The notes under the pieces were generated by a model. The model made no database searches. It was not told the DNA's origin and saw only the letters and a program-made list of their open reading frames with translations. Position numbers and translations under genes: made by a program. From Saccharolobus islandicus REY15A (GTDB taxonomy: Archaea; Thermoproteota; Thermoprotei_A; Sulfolobales; Sulfolobaceae), in the NCBI RefSeq assembly GCF_000189555.1, contig NC_017276.1: 64,000 nt of DNA. One strand, given 5' to 3'. Shown piece after piece: positions 10,064 to 19,752 of this stretch (positions are counted from its first letter, which is position 1; each line of letters starts with the position of its first letter).

Positions 10064-11023
10064 TGCTTTGTTGATATCTTCAATTTGTTCATAGGAATGG
10101 CATGATATAATGAGAATTTATTATTTATTTCAACGTTATTCTAAAGCTCACAACCCCAATAGCTGGAGCCCTACCGACTACAGAATTGGCTAAGTGAACT
10201 ATCCGCGCGTAAGCCCAAAACCTTGGCCTCAACCACTTTACCTACAAAACTTGTGCTAACATACTCCCCAAAAGTAAGCTTTACCGCAGAGAATAAGGAC
10301 TTAACCCCACTACCTAATACCTAACTCCCAACGATTATAACTCGATTTCTTGAACTCCATTACAGCCTTACGCCTAGCAAGATTACCGCTTTTGGTAGAA
10401 GCCTAGGAGGAGCCTCGACCCCGGTCTTGTAAGCCTCATTAGAATCGTAAACCTTATCTCCATAAAACTTCTTACCCTTATCTTGGAGATCCTTGATTAT
10501 CTTAACTGCAGTCTCAACCTCGTTACTAGTTATCTCAGCGTTTATTACGTTGGATTCGTTATTATCTATTACTATCTCGATCTTGAGGAATTTTGAATCT
10601 CTGGTTTTACTACCCATTTTGTTATTGTCCTTCCTTATTTATTCCCGTTGCATCTGCAATTACTTCTAGTTCATCACTTGTTTGTGGGAATGTTTTTTTA
10701 GTCTTCCCATGTGGGATAATTGGGGCTTGTGGGGATGATCTTTAACTGTTCTAGGGCTCTCAATACTCCTTCTATATAAGGTAGGGATGCTAGGAAGTCG
10801 TTGAACTCTTTTTGGGGTTTATACTTTGTCCTAGCGTATCTATTCTCCTCTATTAGCTAACCAGTGTTCAAATAGGTAGAGGGGGGAACATTGGTTTGTA
10901 CCTAGTTATGATGTTCTTGTTGTATTTGCTCCAGTCCCTCTTGTGCTTCACTTTTCCCATAGGTAATACTTAACTGAATAATCTGGAAACTTTTTGTACA
11001 ATTCTGAAGTAGTCCGCAAAGCA
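10064..11023 (-). mobile_element. Degenerate IS5-family element (ISC1058-like), 960 bp, with 19-bp imperfect TIRs and a 9-bp target-site duplication
   Basis: TIRs are tgctttgttgatatcttca (10064-10082) and the reverse complement of 11005-11023 (tgctttgcggactacttca), 14/19 identical. The direct repeat cctctttgt occurs at 10055-10063 and 11024-11032. Confidence 0.88.
10148..10960 (-). pseudogene. Frameshifted IS5-family DDE transposase
   Basis: Fragments in different frames: MGKVKHKRDWSKYNKNIITRY; ELEVIADATG; KTRDSKFLKIEI...KFYGDKVYD; HLANSVVGRAPA. Multiple stops and frameshifts. Confidence 0.88.
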
Positions 11024-11222
11024 CCTCTTTGTCGCTAATACTTTTGCTACTCCTTGTAATCTAAGAGGAGCATAATTAGATTCAGTACGAAATATTTTCT
11101 TATTATCTTAAATTGTAACTGAATACAATTACCTAATCTCTTCACTCTATACTCTATACTCATCTTTCTTCAACCCATAGCTATCCTTTCTATACTTAAA
11201 AGTTCACAGTCTTTATACAATT

Positions 11223-11672
11223 TTATTTTCTATAGAGAGATAATTTTTTCACGTCGACTATAAAATCTAAGTTTTTAGTAAATATTCCAGTTATCTTTAG
11301 ATTTTCTAATTTACTATAAGTGTCTAAATTATCAATATTATCTATATAAATTTTACCTTTATAGAATCTCAGATCTCTAATATTCTTCGGTATAAATTCT
11401 ATTACAAAATAATTATATTCCAAAATGTTCATAGATGGTTTATCAACTCTATATGCAATTTTCATATTTCTATTTTTTAGTTTGTTAATTAACTTTACAT
11501 CATTAGTAATTATAATAGTATTTTCACTGAATATATCAATATCGGATATATATTGGTCTGGTATAAAAGTTAGTACATTATTTAAAGGTTTAGTATATAC
11601 AATACAATTATAATTTAATTTAAGAGCTCTTGAAACTTCTTCGTCATTCCTAGCCTTTAAACAGATATCCAT
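11223..11672 (-). CDS. Conserved hypothetical protein (weak resemblance to a degenerate GDPD/TIM-barrel fragment)
   Basis: 149-aa ORF with normal composition and GGTGA upstream. The ending (ITGIFTKN) recalls the GDPD C-terminus, but no catalytic motif was found. Confidence 0.6.
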   Translation of the reverse strand: MDICLKARNDEEVSRALKLNYNCIVYTKPLNNVLTFIPDQYISDIDIFSENTIIITNDVKLINKLKNRNMKIAYRVDKPSMNILEYNYFVIEFIPKNIRDLRFYKGKIYIDNIDNLDTYSKLENLKITGIFTKNLDFIVDVKKLSLYRK

Positions 11673-11755
11673 TTAATCACCTTAATTGTTACAAAAAGAT
11701 ACATCTCTAGCATTTAAACCTGATTGGTGATACTTCCTAGAAATATTACTGTAGA

Positions 11756-12085
11756 CTACTCTTTAAATTTCTCTTTTGCAATTTTTTCTGCAACATCAAA
11801 GAGGATAGGGTACATTTCCTTTAATCCTTTTTCTAATGCTTCCTTAGCAGTTCTGCTCATTTTAAATCCTGGCACGGTATGATACAAGTACTGAAGGACT
11901 AAAAATGCGGGATAACTCCATACACCTATTTTCGGATCCCTTTCAATAAACTTTAACATCTCATTCTTGATTTTCTCCTCTTCGTGTAAACTTTCCTCCT
12001 TTTTTACACTCTCGTTGATGTTGACACTTTTTTCTTCATCTTCACTTTTTTTCTTCTTCTTTAATAGAAAATCCAGCTCGCTCAT
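11756..12085 (-). CDS. segB: Chromosome segregation DNA-binding protein SegB
   Basis: 109 aa, starts MSELDFLLKKK, overlaps the stop of the ParA-like gene. Matches the Sulfolobus SegB layout. Confidence 0.9.
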   Translation of the reverse strand: MSELDFLLKKKKKSEDEEKSVNINESVKKEESLHEEEKIKNEMLKFIERDPKIGVWSYPAFLVLQYLYHTVPGFKMSRTAKEALEKGLKEMYPILFDVAEKIAKEKFKE

Positions 12086-12744
12086 TCACTAATCACCTTT
12101 GCCAATTGCTGATAATAGATAACTAGCTTAGGTTTCCTTAATCTAACTTCCTCATATCTTAACGCAGGAACTCCAAGTCTAGAAGCTTCAATGAATAATC
12201 TAGAGGGTGGTATTATAATTTCCGTAAATTTCACCGATGATAGATTATCAAGCTTAACTACCTTCTTTGAAAAATTCGTAAAAGAGTATGCATTTTTCCC
12301 TATACTCTTCAATCTAGAGTCAAGATTCTTTATTGCTTCTAACGCTAAAGGTTGAGGGGTAACTGGTGAAACTATCCTATCGGCAACCAACATCGCTGAT
12401 ATGGCTAGGGTACCCAGATTGGGTGGTGTGTCTATCACGAGAAAATCGAACTGTTTTCCTATTTCCTTAATTTTGTTACTAATCTCTTCCACATCTCCAT
12501 TTAGTTCTAACTTCAGTAGCCCTATATGTGCTGGAAATACTTCTACATTAAAAATATTAACACTTTTTTCACCCAATGGGAGCTCTTTAAGCTCTCTTTT
12601 CATTCCATAAGATATGGTGGCGCCTCCTTCCGGATCCAAATCGAGTAATCCCGTCTTCTTTTCCTTGCTTAAATAGTAAGACAAATTTACTGAAGTAGTT
12701 GTTTTCCCTACTCCTCCTTTCTGATTTATAACTGTGACTATCAT
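12082..12744 (-). CDS. segA: ParA-type Walker ATPase SegA
   Basis: Deviant Walker A (KGGVGKTT), DLDP and IDTPP motifs; 220 aa; paired with segB. Confidence 0.93.
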   Translation of the reverse strand: MIVTVINQKGGVGKTTTSVNLSYYLSKEKKTGLLDLDPEGGATISYGMKRELKELPLGEKSVNIFNVEVFPAHIGLLKLELNGDVEEISNKIKEIGKQFDFLVIDTPPNLGTLAISAMLVADRIVSPVTPQPLALEAIKNLDSRLKSIGKNAYSFTNFSKKVVKLDNLSSVKFTEIIIPPSRLFIEASRLGVPALRYEEVRLRKPKLVIYYQQLAKVISE

Positions 12745-12761
12745 GTCTAGACTCTTCTATC
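12743..12761 (-). promoter_or_regulatory. Probable SegB-binding site (site 1) abutting the segA start codon
   Basis: The minus strand reads AGATAGAAGAGTCTAGAC-ATG. AGAAGAGTCTAGAC matches the SegB site 1 core as I recall it and contains a TCTAGA palindrome. Confidence 0.65.
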
Positions 12762-12857
12762 TATAACGTTTAAAAAGGGGCTTTACACAATAATACTTAC
12801 TAGTCCACTATATTATAATGATAATATTTATAGGCTAGTTTTTTAAAAAGTATAAGT

Positions 12858-13355
12858 ATGTTTGAGAAACTCTATAGTGCGATAATTTATTCTGATGAAT
12901 TTAAAAAAATACTATTAGGAAAGGGCGTAGATGATCTAGAAGTAGTATCAGCATATATAGCGTTCCTTTACGAGGATCTTCCAATAATTGGTAAGAATTT
13001 GTGTGCGGGATTCTTAAGAATGGGATTAGACGCCATTTACAACATAACGCCCTCTGGCAAAGTCTATTCATCAAAACATAAATTGTATCCAATTTCGAGA
13101 TATGGAATTAATGGAGTCTGTATTGATTGCAATGGAGGTAAAATAATTCTGAGAATTCGTAAAAGCGGTTATGATCCAGAAGACCTGATAGAGTCCAACA
13201 GTCTAGAGAGTAGAGTATTCGTAAGTGAAAACTTTAGAGAGAAGAGTATGAGGATTATGGAGAAGACTTTTGATGTGGATAAGATGAGATTAAATGCTAA
13301 GAAAGAAATCCTGGAAAGAATCAGTGCCGGTGGTATTCTTCATAAGATCCGATAA
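12858..13355 (+). CDS. segC: SegC, SegAB-associated protein (SSO0033-like)
   Basis: 165-aa ORF divergent from segA; length and position match SSO0033 as I recall it. Confidence 0.78.
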   Translation: MFEKLYSAIIYSDEFKKILLGKGVDDLEVVSAYIAFLYEDLPIIGKNLCAGFLRMGLDAIYNITPSGKVYSSKHKLYPISRYGINGVCIDCNGGKIILRIRKSGYDPEDLIESNSLESRVFVSENFREKSMRIMEKTFDVDKMRLNAKKEILERISAGGILHKIR

Positions 13356-13373
13356 GGGCGCGTTCATCACTAT
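13318..13373 (-). ncRNA. Box C/D guide sRNA candidate, antisense to the 3' end of segC
   Basis: Minus strand: box C GTGATGA, 12-nt guide ACGCGCCCTTAT, D' CGGA, C'-like ATGAAGA, 12-nt guide ATACCACCGGCA, box D CTGA. Canonical archaeal spacing. Confidence 0.72.
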
Positions 13374-13484
13374 AATGTTTTAACTAAGTATGCTGAAAGC
13401 TTAGATTTTCCAAAAATCTCCTATTCTCAAGATTTTTAACGCTTTCTGAATCTCGTTAAGTATTTTAGGTTATAAAAAGTAGTA

Positions 13485-14291
13485 TTGGTGATGGATTCAC
13501 TTAAACTTTTATCAAAGTACAGCAATCTTATAAAAATTTTGGAATTGACGAAAGAGTATGCAAACAAGTTAGATTTGGTTTTTGCAATTCATGCATATTT
13601 TGAAAACGATATAATTTCTAATGTAGTAAGAAGTCTGGAGTCTAAAGTCAAGAATATATATGAAGAATACAAGTTTGATAGAACCCTATTTGTAAAGAAT
13701 GCAGCTAAAACATTAGGCATTAAAGAAGATGATTTTGTATATTATCCATATTACGCAATTCCAATTAGCCACGAGACGAAAGTAAAATTTGTTGATAATT
13801 CTACCATACCCCCTAAGGCTTTAATAACAAAGGGAGTTATGAGATTTACATTCATGGTGTATAGAAGTTTTCAAGAGTTGGATTATCGGATAGCCTCAAG
13901 AGAAGAAGAGGATATTGTCATAGAATTTGAAAACGGTAAAATCAAGTCACATAATAGGAAAAGGAACATATTTACTGATGCTAATGTTGTAAGTAAAATA
14001 CTATCATCTAATAAGGAGGTGCTATTAAATCTAGCGTTACCAGGTAGCTATTATCTGATTCCTTCTCTTATATCTATGAATGTTCTTCCTTATGAAAATG
14101 AAGTATTAATAACTAGGGAAGAGGAAAGTCTAGATTTTAGGATACTTAATGGAAAGGCTTCTAATGATAAAGTGGTTATGGGAGAGACTTTACATCCCAG
14201 ATTTAAGCTTGAGCTATACTACGATTATAAATCCAAAAGGATTTTAAAGGAGGACATGGCAAGAGGTTTAGCTTATAAAATTCCCTCATAG
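13485..14291 (+). CDS. Hypothetical protein (268 aa)
   Basis: Long ORF with typical composition and no recognised motif. Confidence 0.7.
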   Translation: MVMDSLKLLSKYSNLIKILELTKEYANKLDLVFAIHAYFENDIISNVVRSLESKVKNIYEEYKFDRTLFVKNAAKTLGIKEDDFVYYPYYAIPISHETKVKFVDNSTIPPKALITKGVMRFTFMVYRSFQELDYRIASREEEDIVIEFENGKIKSHNRKRNIFTDANVVSKILSSNKEVLLNLALPGSYYLIPSLISMNVLPYENEVLITREEESLDFRILNGKASNDKVVMGETLHPRFKLELYYDYKSKRILKEDMARGLAYKIPS

Positions 14292-15002
14292 CTCTTTAAC
14301 CGTAAATTTAACATATTCCTTTAGCCTATCTCCTCTTAGATACATATATTTTAAGGGATCTATATCAACTATCATATAGCCTTCTTCACTTCCTAATACT
14401 CCTACTACTTTGGGTATCACAATCCCGTCTTGTCTCTGTTCTGGAACAATTGCTACGCTCCTTCCAGGGAAATCTGGTGGACTATAGACATTTGCGTTTA
14501 CTATTCCTATCCTATTTTCTAAGACTCTTATTCTAAGGAATTCATTCCAAATATCTAGACCATTGCCTCTTACTTTGGAGGGTACCAAAATTATCTCGAC
14601 TCCTTTAGAAAACAATTCTCTGGCTACTTCAGGAAAGTCTATATCATAACATATTAAGATTCCGAACCTTATCCCTCTATAAGTAAAGAGAACGGCTTCA
14701 TTACCTGGAATAAGTCTCAATTTTTCTTCATTAAATAGATGAATCTTCTTTGCTATTCCTTTTAGGTTTCCACTATCGTCAATTATTGGAGTGATTACCG
14801 ATACTCCATCTTCAAATGCCCCAGGTAAAATATAAGCAGTGTATCTTTTAGCCAATTTCTGAAATTCAACTAATGGTACGTCATCTATATTTTTTGTCCA
14901 TTTTTCTGGTAATAATACTAGCTCTGCTCCCTCCTTTAGTGCCTTTTCAACTAATAAAATTGCTGACTTAACTTCTAAGGGTTGTATTACTCCAATTTTC
15001 AA
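14286..15002 (-). CDS. Carbon-nitrogen hydrolase (nitrilase superfamily)
   Basis: Catalytic triad motifs LLPEKW, AKKIHLF and LICYDIDFPE. Confidence 0.92.
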   Translation of the reverse strand: MKIGVIQPLEVKSAILLVEKALKEGAELVLLPEKWTKNIDDVPLVEFQKLAKRYTAYILPGAFEDGVSVITPIIDDSGNLKGIAKKIHLFNEEKLRLIPGNEAVLFTYRGIRFGILICYDIDFPEVARELFSKGVEIILVPSKVRGNGLDIWNEFLRIRVLENRIGIVNANVYSPPDFPGRSVAIVPEQRQDGIVIPKVVGVLGSEEGYMIVDIDPLKYMYLRGDRLKEYVKFTVKEL

Positions 15003-16141
15003 GCCTCTTCTGCCTTAATTCCTTTTTTGTTACTCTCTTCTATTTTTCTTAGTTTTCTTAATATTCTTTCCTCTATCTTTTCCACAGCGTTCTTTAACGC
15101 AACTATTGGTTCCCAATCTGTATCTTTAGCTACATAATCGCCTATTTTAGTAGTTACTCTTACCATTGCAGTATATAGTTTTTTATTTCCTACGCTACTC
15201 CTCATTTCTTCCTTGAACGATACTTTAAAGTTTATAACTTCTGTTAGTCTTTCTATTTTGCTCAAATATCTTTCAAGTATATCATCTATGTTTGCCTTAA
15301 AATCGAGGTTCGATTTTAGCTCTTGAGGTATTTTAGCTTCAATTGGTATTGATAGTTGCATTTTTTCAGCTACTGCCTTAATAATATCTAGCCCACTTAT
15401 TACGCCACTTAACCTATCACCTTCCATAACAGGCATTCCAGAAATTCTAAATTTAAGTAATTTTTCTACTACATCTGGTAACGGTTCCTTTCCATTAGCT
15501 GTTATGACTGGGTACTTCATAATTTCTTTAACTGGCATTGCCATAACTCTTTCCTCATCTTTCATTATCGACTCTCTTTTCCTTCCACTTACACTATACA
15601 AAGCATCAACTATATCTCTTGCACTTATGATTCCAGTTAGTCTATACTCTTTAGTAGCTGGTAATCTGCTTATATTATCTCTTATCATTACCCATCTAGC
15701 CCTAGCTATAGAGTCATTTTCATCTATAGTTGTTGCTGGAGAGGTCATGTATTCCCTTGCAGTTTTATTTTCTGGGATTTCATCAGCTTTCAATAAGTAT
15801 GAGAGTAATGACTCTCTTGTTACAAATCCAATAAATTCCTTCTTCTCATTTACTACTGGTATCACTCTTGCCTTGGTAGTGTAAAATTTTGCAATTAATC
15901 TATTAATATCCTCATCAATTTGTACGGTAACACTGGGATTCATAACATTTATCGCTTTAGTCTCTAAACTCACCCTTCTAGAAAGAAGATCCTTATAAGA
16001 GATTAAACCTAATAATTTTCTATCCTTAATAACGGGTACGGTCCACATTTTGTTCTCTTTCATCTTAGAAATAATATCACTCAATTTATCCATACTATGT
16101 GCAATATATTGTGGCTTTGTGATGAGTGTGCTATCTATCAT
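14999..16141 (-). CDS. Four-CBS-domain protein with a C-terminal HPF/RaiA-like domain (probable archaeal ribosome hibernation factor, HibA/Hib type)
   Basis: Four CBS repeats, then about 115 aa with an HPF-like pattern (ILERYLSKIERL...YTAMVRVTTKIGDYVAKDTDWEPIVALKNAVEKIEERI). Confidence 0.72.
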   Translation of the reverse strand: MIDSTLITKPQYIAHSMDKLSDIISKMKENKMWTVPVIKDRKLLGLISYKDLLSRRVSLETKAINVMNPSVTVQIDEDINRLIAKFYTTKARVIPVVNEKKEFIGFVTRESLLSYLLKADEIPENKTAREYMTSPATTIDENDSIARARWVMIRDNISRLPATKEYRLTGIISARDIVDALYSVSGRKRESIMKDEERVMAMPVKEIMKYPVITANGKEPLPDVVEKLLKFRISGMPVMEGDRLSGVISGLDIIKAVAEKMQLSIPIEAKIPQELKSNLDFKANIDDILERYLSKIERLTEVINFKVSFKEEMRSSVGNKKLYTAMVRVTTKIGDYVAKDTDWEPIVALKNAVEKIEERILRKLRKIEESNKKGIKAEEA

Positions 16142-16188
16142 ACTAGATAAGTATTTTAAATTGAAAAATAAAAAAGTAGTGATATACT

Positions 16189-17244
16189 TTGCATAAAACG
16201 GCTTTTATATGGACAGATGAATACTATAACTACTCCTTCCCAGACTATCATCCATTTAAATCATTAAGAGAAAGTATGACTAAGAGATTGCTGGAAGAAA
16301 GAAGTGCGTTTCATTTCATCACATTGATTGAACCTAAGCCGATATCAGAAGAGGTTCTTCAGTTAGTCCACTCCAAAGAATATATAGAATTTGTAAAATA
16401 TAAGAGCAAGGAAGGTCAAGGATATTTAGATGATGGAGATACTCCTGCATTTAAGGGTATATATGAGGCTGCATTAATAAGGATAAGTGGTAGTGTAAAG
16501 GCATTAGAATTAATAAAGGGTGGGGAGTTTAACCACGCGATCAATATTGGTGGGGGTTTTCATCACGCAAAGAGAAATAGAGCTGCTGGTTTCTGTGTAT
16601 TTAACGATGTTGCTCTCATAGCAAAATTAGGTGAGAATTCCTTTTCAAAAATAGCAATAGTTGATATAGATGGTCATCATGCTGATGGTACACAAGAACT
16701 ATTAATTGATGATGATAAGGTTTTGAAAATTTCCCTGCATATGTTTCATCCTAACTTCTTCCCGGGTAGCGGGGATGTGAACGAGATTGGAGTAGGAAAA
16801 GGAGAAGGTTATACTATTAATATTCCTCTACCACCTGGTACTGGAGATGATGGTTATCTTTTAGCATTTGACGAGATAGTAATCCCCGTTATAGAAAGAT
16901 ATAAACCAGAGCTTATTATCCTCATAACGGGCGGTGATTCATATTTTAACGATCCTTTAGTTGAGTTAAAATTATCCACCCATGGTTATTTAGATGTGGT
17001 AACAAAGGTCCATCATCTAGCCCATAAGTACTCCAGTGGTAGGCTTATAATGTTGGGAGGAGGTGGATATAACTATGATGCGACTGCTAGAATTTGGACA
17101 ATTTCAATAGCTGAGATTGCGGGAATATACGACTTAGAGTATGAAACTCTCCATGATCCCTTCTCTACTAAATCATCACAGTTTGTTATGGAGAAAATAA
17201 GAAGCACTATCGATCGAATAAAGAAGATACATTCATTTAACTAA
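16189..17244 (+). CDS. Histone deacetylase family (AcuC-like) lysine deacetylase
   Basis: [33 protein letters not shown] and GGGGY motifs; TTG start. Confidence 0.92.
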   Translation: MHKTAFIWTDEYYNYSFPDYHPFKSLRESMTKRLLEERSAFHFITLIEPKPISEEVLQLVHSKEYIEFVKYKSKEGQGYLDDGDTPAFKGIYEAALIRISGSVKALELIKGGEFNHAINIGGGFHHAKRNRAAGFCVFNDVALIAKLGENSFSKIAIVDIDGHHADGTQELLIDDDKVLKISLHMFHPNFFPGSGDVNEIGVGKGEGYTINIPLPPGTGDDGYLLAFDEIVIPVIERYKPELIILITGGDSYFNDPLVELKLSTHGYLDVVTKVHHLAHKYSSGRLIMLGGGGYNYDATARIWTISIAEIAGIYDLEYETLHDPFSTKSSQFVMEKIRSTIDRIKKIHSFN

Positions 17245-18426
17245 TATTATTGATGATGCCTTTCTGACCTTTTCTATTGCTTCTTCTACGCTATTTCCAG
17301 TTGCCAGCACTATACCCATCCTTCTCTTTTCATATGTAACAGGTTTTCCGAACAACCTAACTTGCACTCCTGGGATCTCCATTGCCTTCTCCACGTTAAT
17401 AAATTTAGGTCCCCAAACATTTTCAGTTTGTGCTAAAATTACATGAGAAGCCGCTGGAGAGACTAACTTAACTTCTGGAATTGGTAGACCTATTGCGCTT
17501 CTAACATGAATTTGAAATTCGTTTATATCACTACTAGCTAATGTAACTAATCCAGTATCATGTGGTCTAGGTGCTACTTCGCTAAAGAGAATCCTATTTC
17601 CGCTTACTATTATCTCAACACCATATATCCCTAAACCTCCTAATTCCTCTACAACTTTTTGCGCAATTCCCCTAGCAGTCTCTTTCACTTCTCGACTTAC
17701 TGTAGAAGGGTGCCAAGATTCAACATAATAGTAACTTGGCCTTTTATGTTCTATCGGTTCTATAGTCTTAGTTATTATGCTACCGGAATTCGAATAGTAT
17801 CTATACGTTAATACTGTTAACTCAGTATCTATCTTTACGAACTCTTCTACTATAACTCTTCTACTCTTACCTCTAGCATGAGATACTGACTCCCTATAAG
17901 CTTCTTCCACGTCATCAATCTTATTAACTAGTACATGACCATGACCACTAGAGCTCATCTCTGGTTTAATTAAGCAAGGAAAACCTATATCCTTGCAAGC
18001 ATGTTTTGCTTCTTCTTCATTTTCTGCAAATGCGTACTTTGTAGTTGGGAGGGCTAGTTTTTCCGTAGCAAACCTCCTCAATTCAATTCTATTCATGCAT
18101 GCCTTCACTGCATTTGCATTAGGAATTACTCTAAAACCATTGCTTTCAAGATCAACTAGTGCATCAGTATTAATTGCCTCTATTTCGGCTATAATTGCAT
18201 CCGGATTTTCCCTTTTCACAACTGCCTTAACAGCGTTTGGGTTCATCATATCTATTACGTACTTTCTATGTGCGACATGCATTGCAGGAGCTAAATCATA
18301 TCTATCCACAGCAATAACTTCTAACCCCATTCTTTGTGCCTCAATAGCCATTTCCTTTCCTAACTCTCCACTCCCAAGTAGAAGAATCTTCTTTGAACCC
18401 TCAAATAAGGGAGTCCCAATTTCCAT
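17233..18426 (-). CDS. purT: Formate-dependent phosphoribosylglycinamide formyltransferase
   Basis: [20 protein letters not shown] and [10 protein letters not shown] motifs. The ATG at 18426 (MEIGTP) is preferred over the tracked start at 18462. Confidence 0.95.
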   Translation of the reverse strand: MEIGTPLFEGSKKILLLGSGELGKEMAIEAQRMGLEVIAVDRYDLAPAMHVAHRKYVIDMMNPNAVKAVVKRENPDAIIAEIEAINTDALVDLESNGFRVIPNANAVKACMNRIELRRFATEKLALPTTKYAFAENEEEAKHACKDIGFPCLIKPEMSSSGHGHVLVNKIDDVEEAYRESVSHARGKSRRVIVEEFVKIDTELTVLTYRYYSNSGSIITKTIEPIEHKRPSYYYVESWHPSTVSREVKETARGIAQKVVEELGGLGIYGVEIIVSGNRILFSEVAPRPHDTGLVTLASSDINEFQIHVRSAIGLPIPEVKLVSPAASHVILAQTENVWGPKFINVEKAMEIPGVQVRLFGKPVTYEKRRMGIVLATGNSVEEAIEKVRKASSIILVK

Positions 18427-18433
18427 ATACCAA

Positions 18434-19051
18434 CTACTTAACTCTAGATAATAAATTTTCAAGAAGAGAGTAGAATCTAGACTGATCCTTTATCGTATGA
18501 AATACGCAAATCCAACCTTTAGGTACTCTACACTCTCCAGTAAATGGAAATACCACCATGCCATACTTGAAATATTTAGAATATTCTAGAGTCTGGAGAT
18601 AATCATTTTTGCGTATCTTAGCCTCAATCACAACTTTATCTTCTATTATAAAGTCTGGCCTATTATGCCATCTAGTAAGAGTGAAATTATGGAGTGAAGG
18701 ATAGATTTCGTTTTGTCTTTTTACCCTATAATTTTTCGATATTAAGAGATTATGGATGAACACTTCAAATACTTCGCCCATAAGCTTGTTTATGGCAAGA
18801 GTTCTTTGTCTTAATGTAGGGTAAACCATAAGAACATCTTCGTTTACCTCTATGTTAACAAATTTAGCCAAATACCGAAGTTTCTCCAGGGAGACAGATT
18901 CGTTACCCAAATACTTAAATCTAACACCTTCTATCTTATTGCCGTTTTTATCAACTATTGAGATTAAATTTCCTTCCACGAATACTGTAACGTCGCCATT
19001 TTCATCTGGAACTAAATATCCGTCCTTAAACGAGTATCTGTATAATTGCAT
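18434..19051 (-). CDS. PD-(D/E)XK restriction-endonuclease-like protein
   Basis: GEVFE...[15 protein letters not shown]...QTLEY, i.e. the PD, ExK and QxxxY motifs. Confidence 0.72.
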   Translation of the reverse strand: MQLYRYSFKDGYLVPDENGDVTVFVEGNLISIVDKNGNKIEGVRFKYLGNESVSLEKLRYLAKFVNIEVNEDVLMVYPTLRQRTLAINKLMGEVFEVFIHNLLISKNYRVKRQNEIYPSLHNFTLTRWHNRPDFIIEDKVVIEAKIRKNDYLQTLEYSKYFKYGMVVFPFTGECRVPKGWICVFHTIKDQSRFYSLLENLLSRVK

Positions 19052-19104
19052 AAGTTGATTATTATGGATTAATTTTTATAAGGTTTCATTGCCTATTTTT
19101 ATGG

Positions 19105-19752
19105 ATGCTATTTACTATTAATGATGTCATTTGGGGAATAGTATTAAGTCTCTGGGTAGTTATTGTTGTTCTGTATATCTCTAAACTGATTTCACAAATA
19201 TTCGGAGCCTATATAAGCAGAAAGGCGATACATATGTTAGGAGGAGGCATTGTTGCAGTACTATCTCCATACGTTTTTAACTCTCCATTAGTACCAATAG
19301 TCACATCTTATCTCCTTATGGTGTACTTAATAGCCATAAGAGTACTAAGAAAGGAGATGAGATGGTTTATGGATAGAGAAAATCTAGGTGAGGTATTCTT
19401 TGCATTCTCCTTCGGAACAATTCTTTTGTTGATGTTCTTGTTAGATCATAATTATTGGACTAATGCAAGTCTGATTTACGTTGCTATTCTCCCCTTAATT
19501 TTCATGTCTTTCGGGGATGGTATAACCGGAATAATAAGAAATTTTGTGTATAAGAGAAGAGTTAAGGGGTTTTGGGGATCATTAGGGATGTTAATATTCT
19601 GCACAGTAGTTGGTTATTATCTACTGAATATACCCGGTTTAATAGCTGGGATTATTGCCACAATTGCTGAAGTCTTACCGTATATTGATGACAATATTTC
19701 GGTGCCATTTTTGTCGTTCCTAGTTCTTTATCTATTTATAAAAGTCTTTTAG
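19105..19752 (+). CDS. Polyprenol/phytol/dolichol kinase-like membrane protein (CTP transferase 1 / SEC59 superfamily)
   Basis: [20 protein letters not shown]..., KGFWGS and DDNISVP motifs; multi-TM. Confidence 0.8.
   Translation: MLFTINDVIWGIVLSLWVVIVVLYISKLISQIFGAYISRKAIHMLGGGIVAVLSPYVFNSPLVPIVTSYLLMVYLIAIRVLRKEMRWFMDRENLGEVFFAFSFGTILLLMFLLDHNYWTNASLIYVAILPLIFMSFGDGITGIIRNFVYKRRVKGFWGSLGMLIFCTVVGYYLLNIPGLIAGIIATIAEVLPYIDDNISVPFLSFLVLYLFIKVF

Noticed and set aside
10360-10617. 85-aa ORF as an independent protein
   Set aside because: It is the middle fragment of the frameshifted IS5-family transposase.
16110-16165. GTGATGA near the CBS gene start as another C/D sRNA
   Set aside because: No properly spaced D', C' or D boxes follow.
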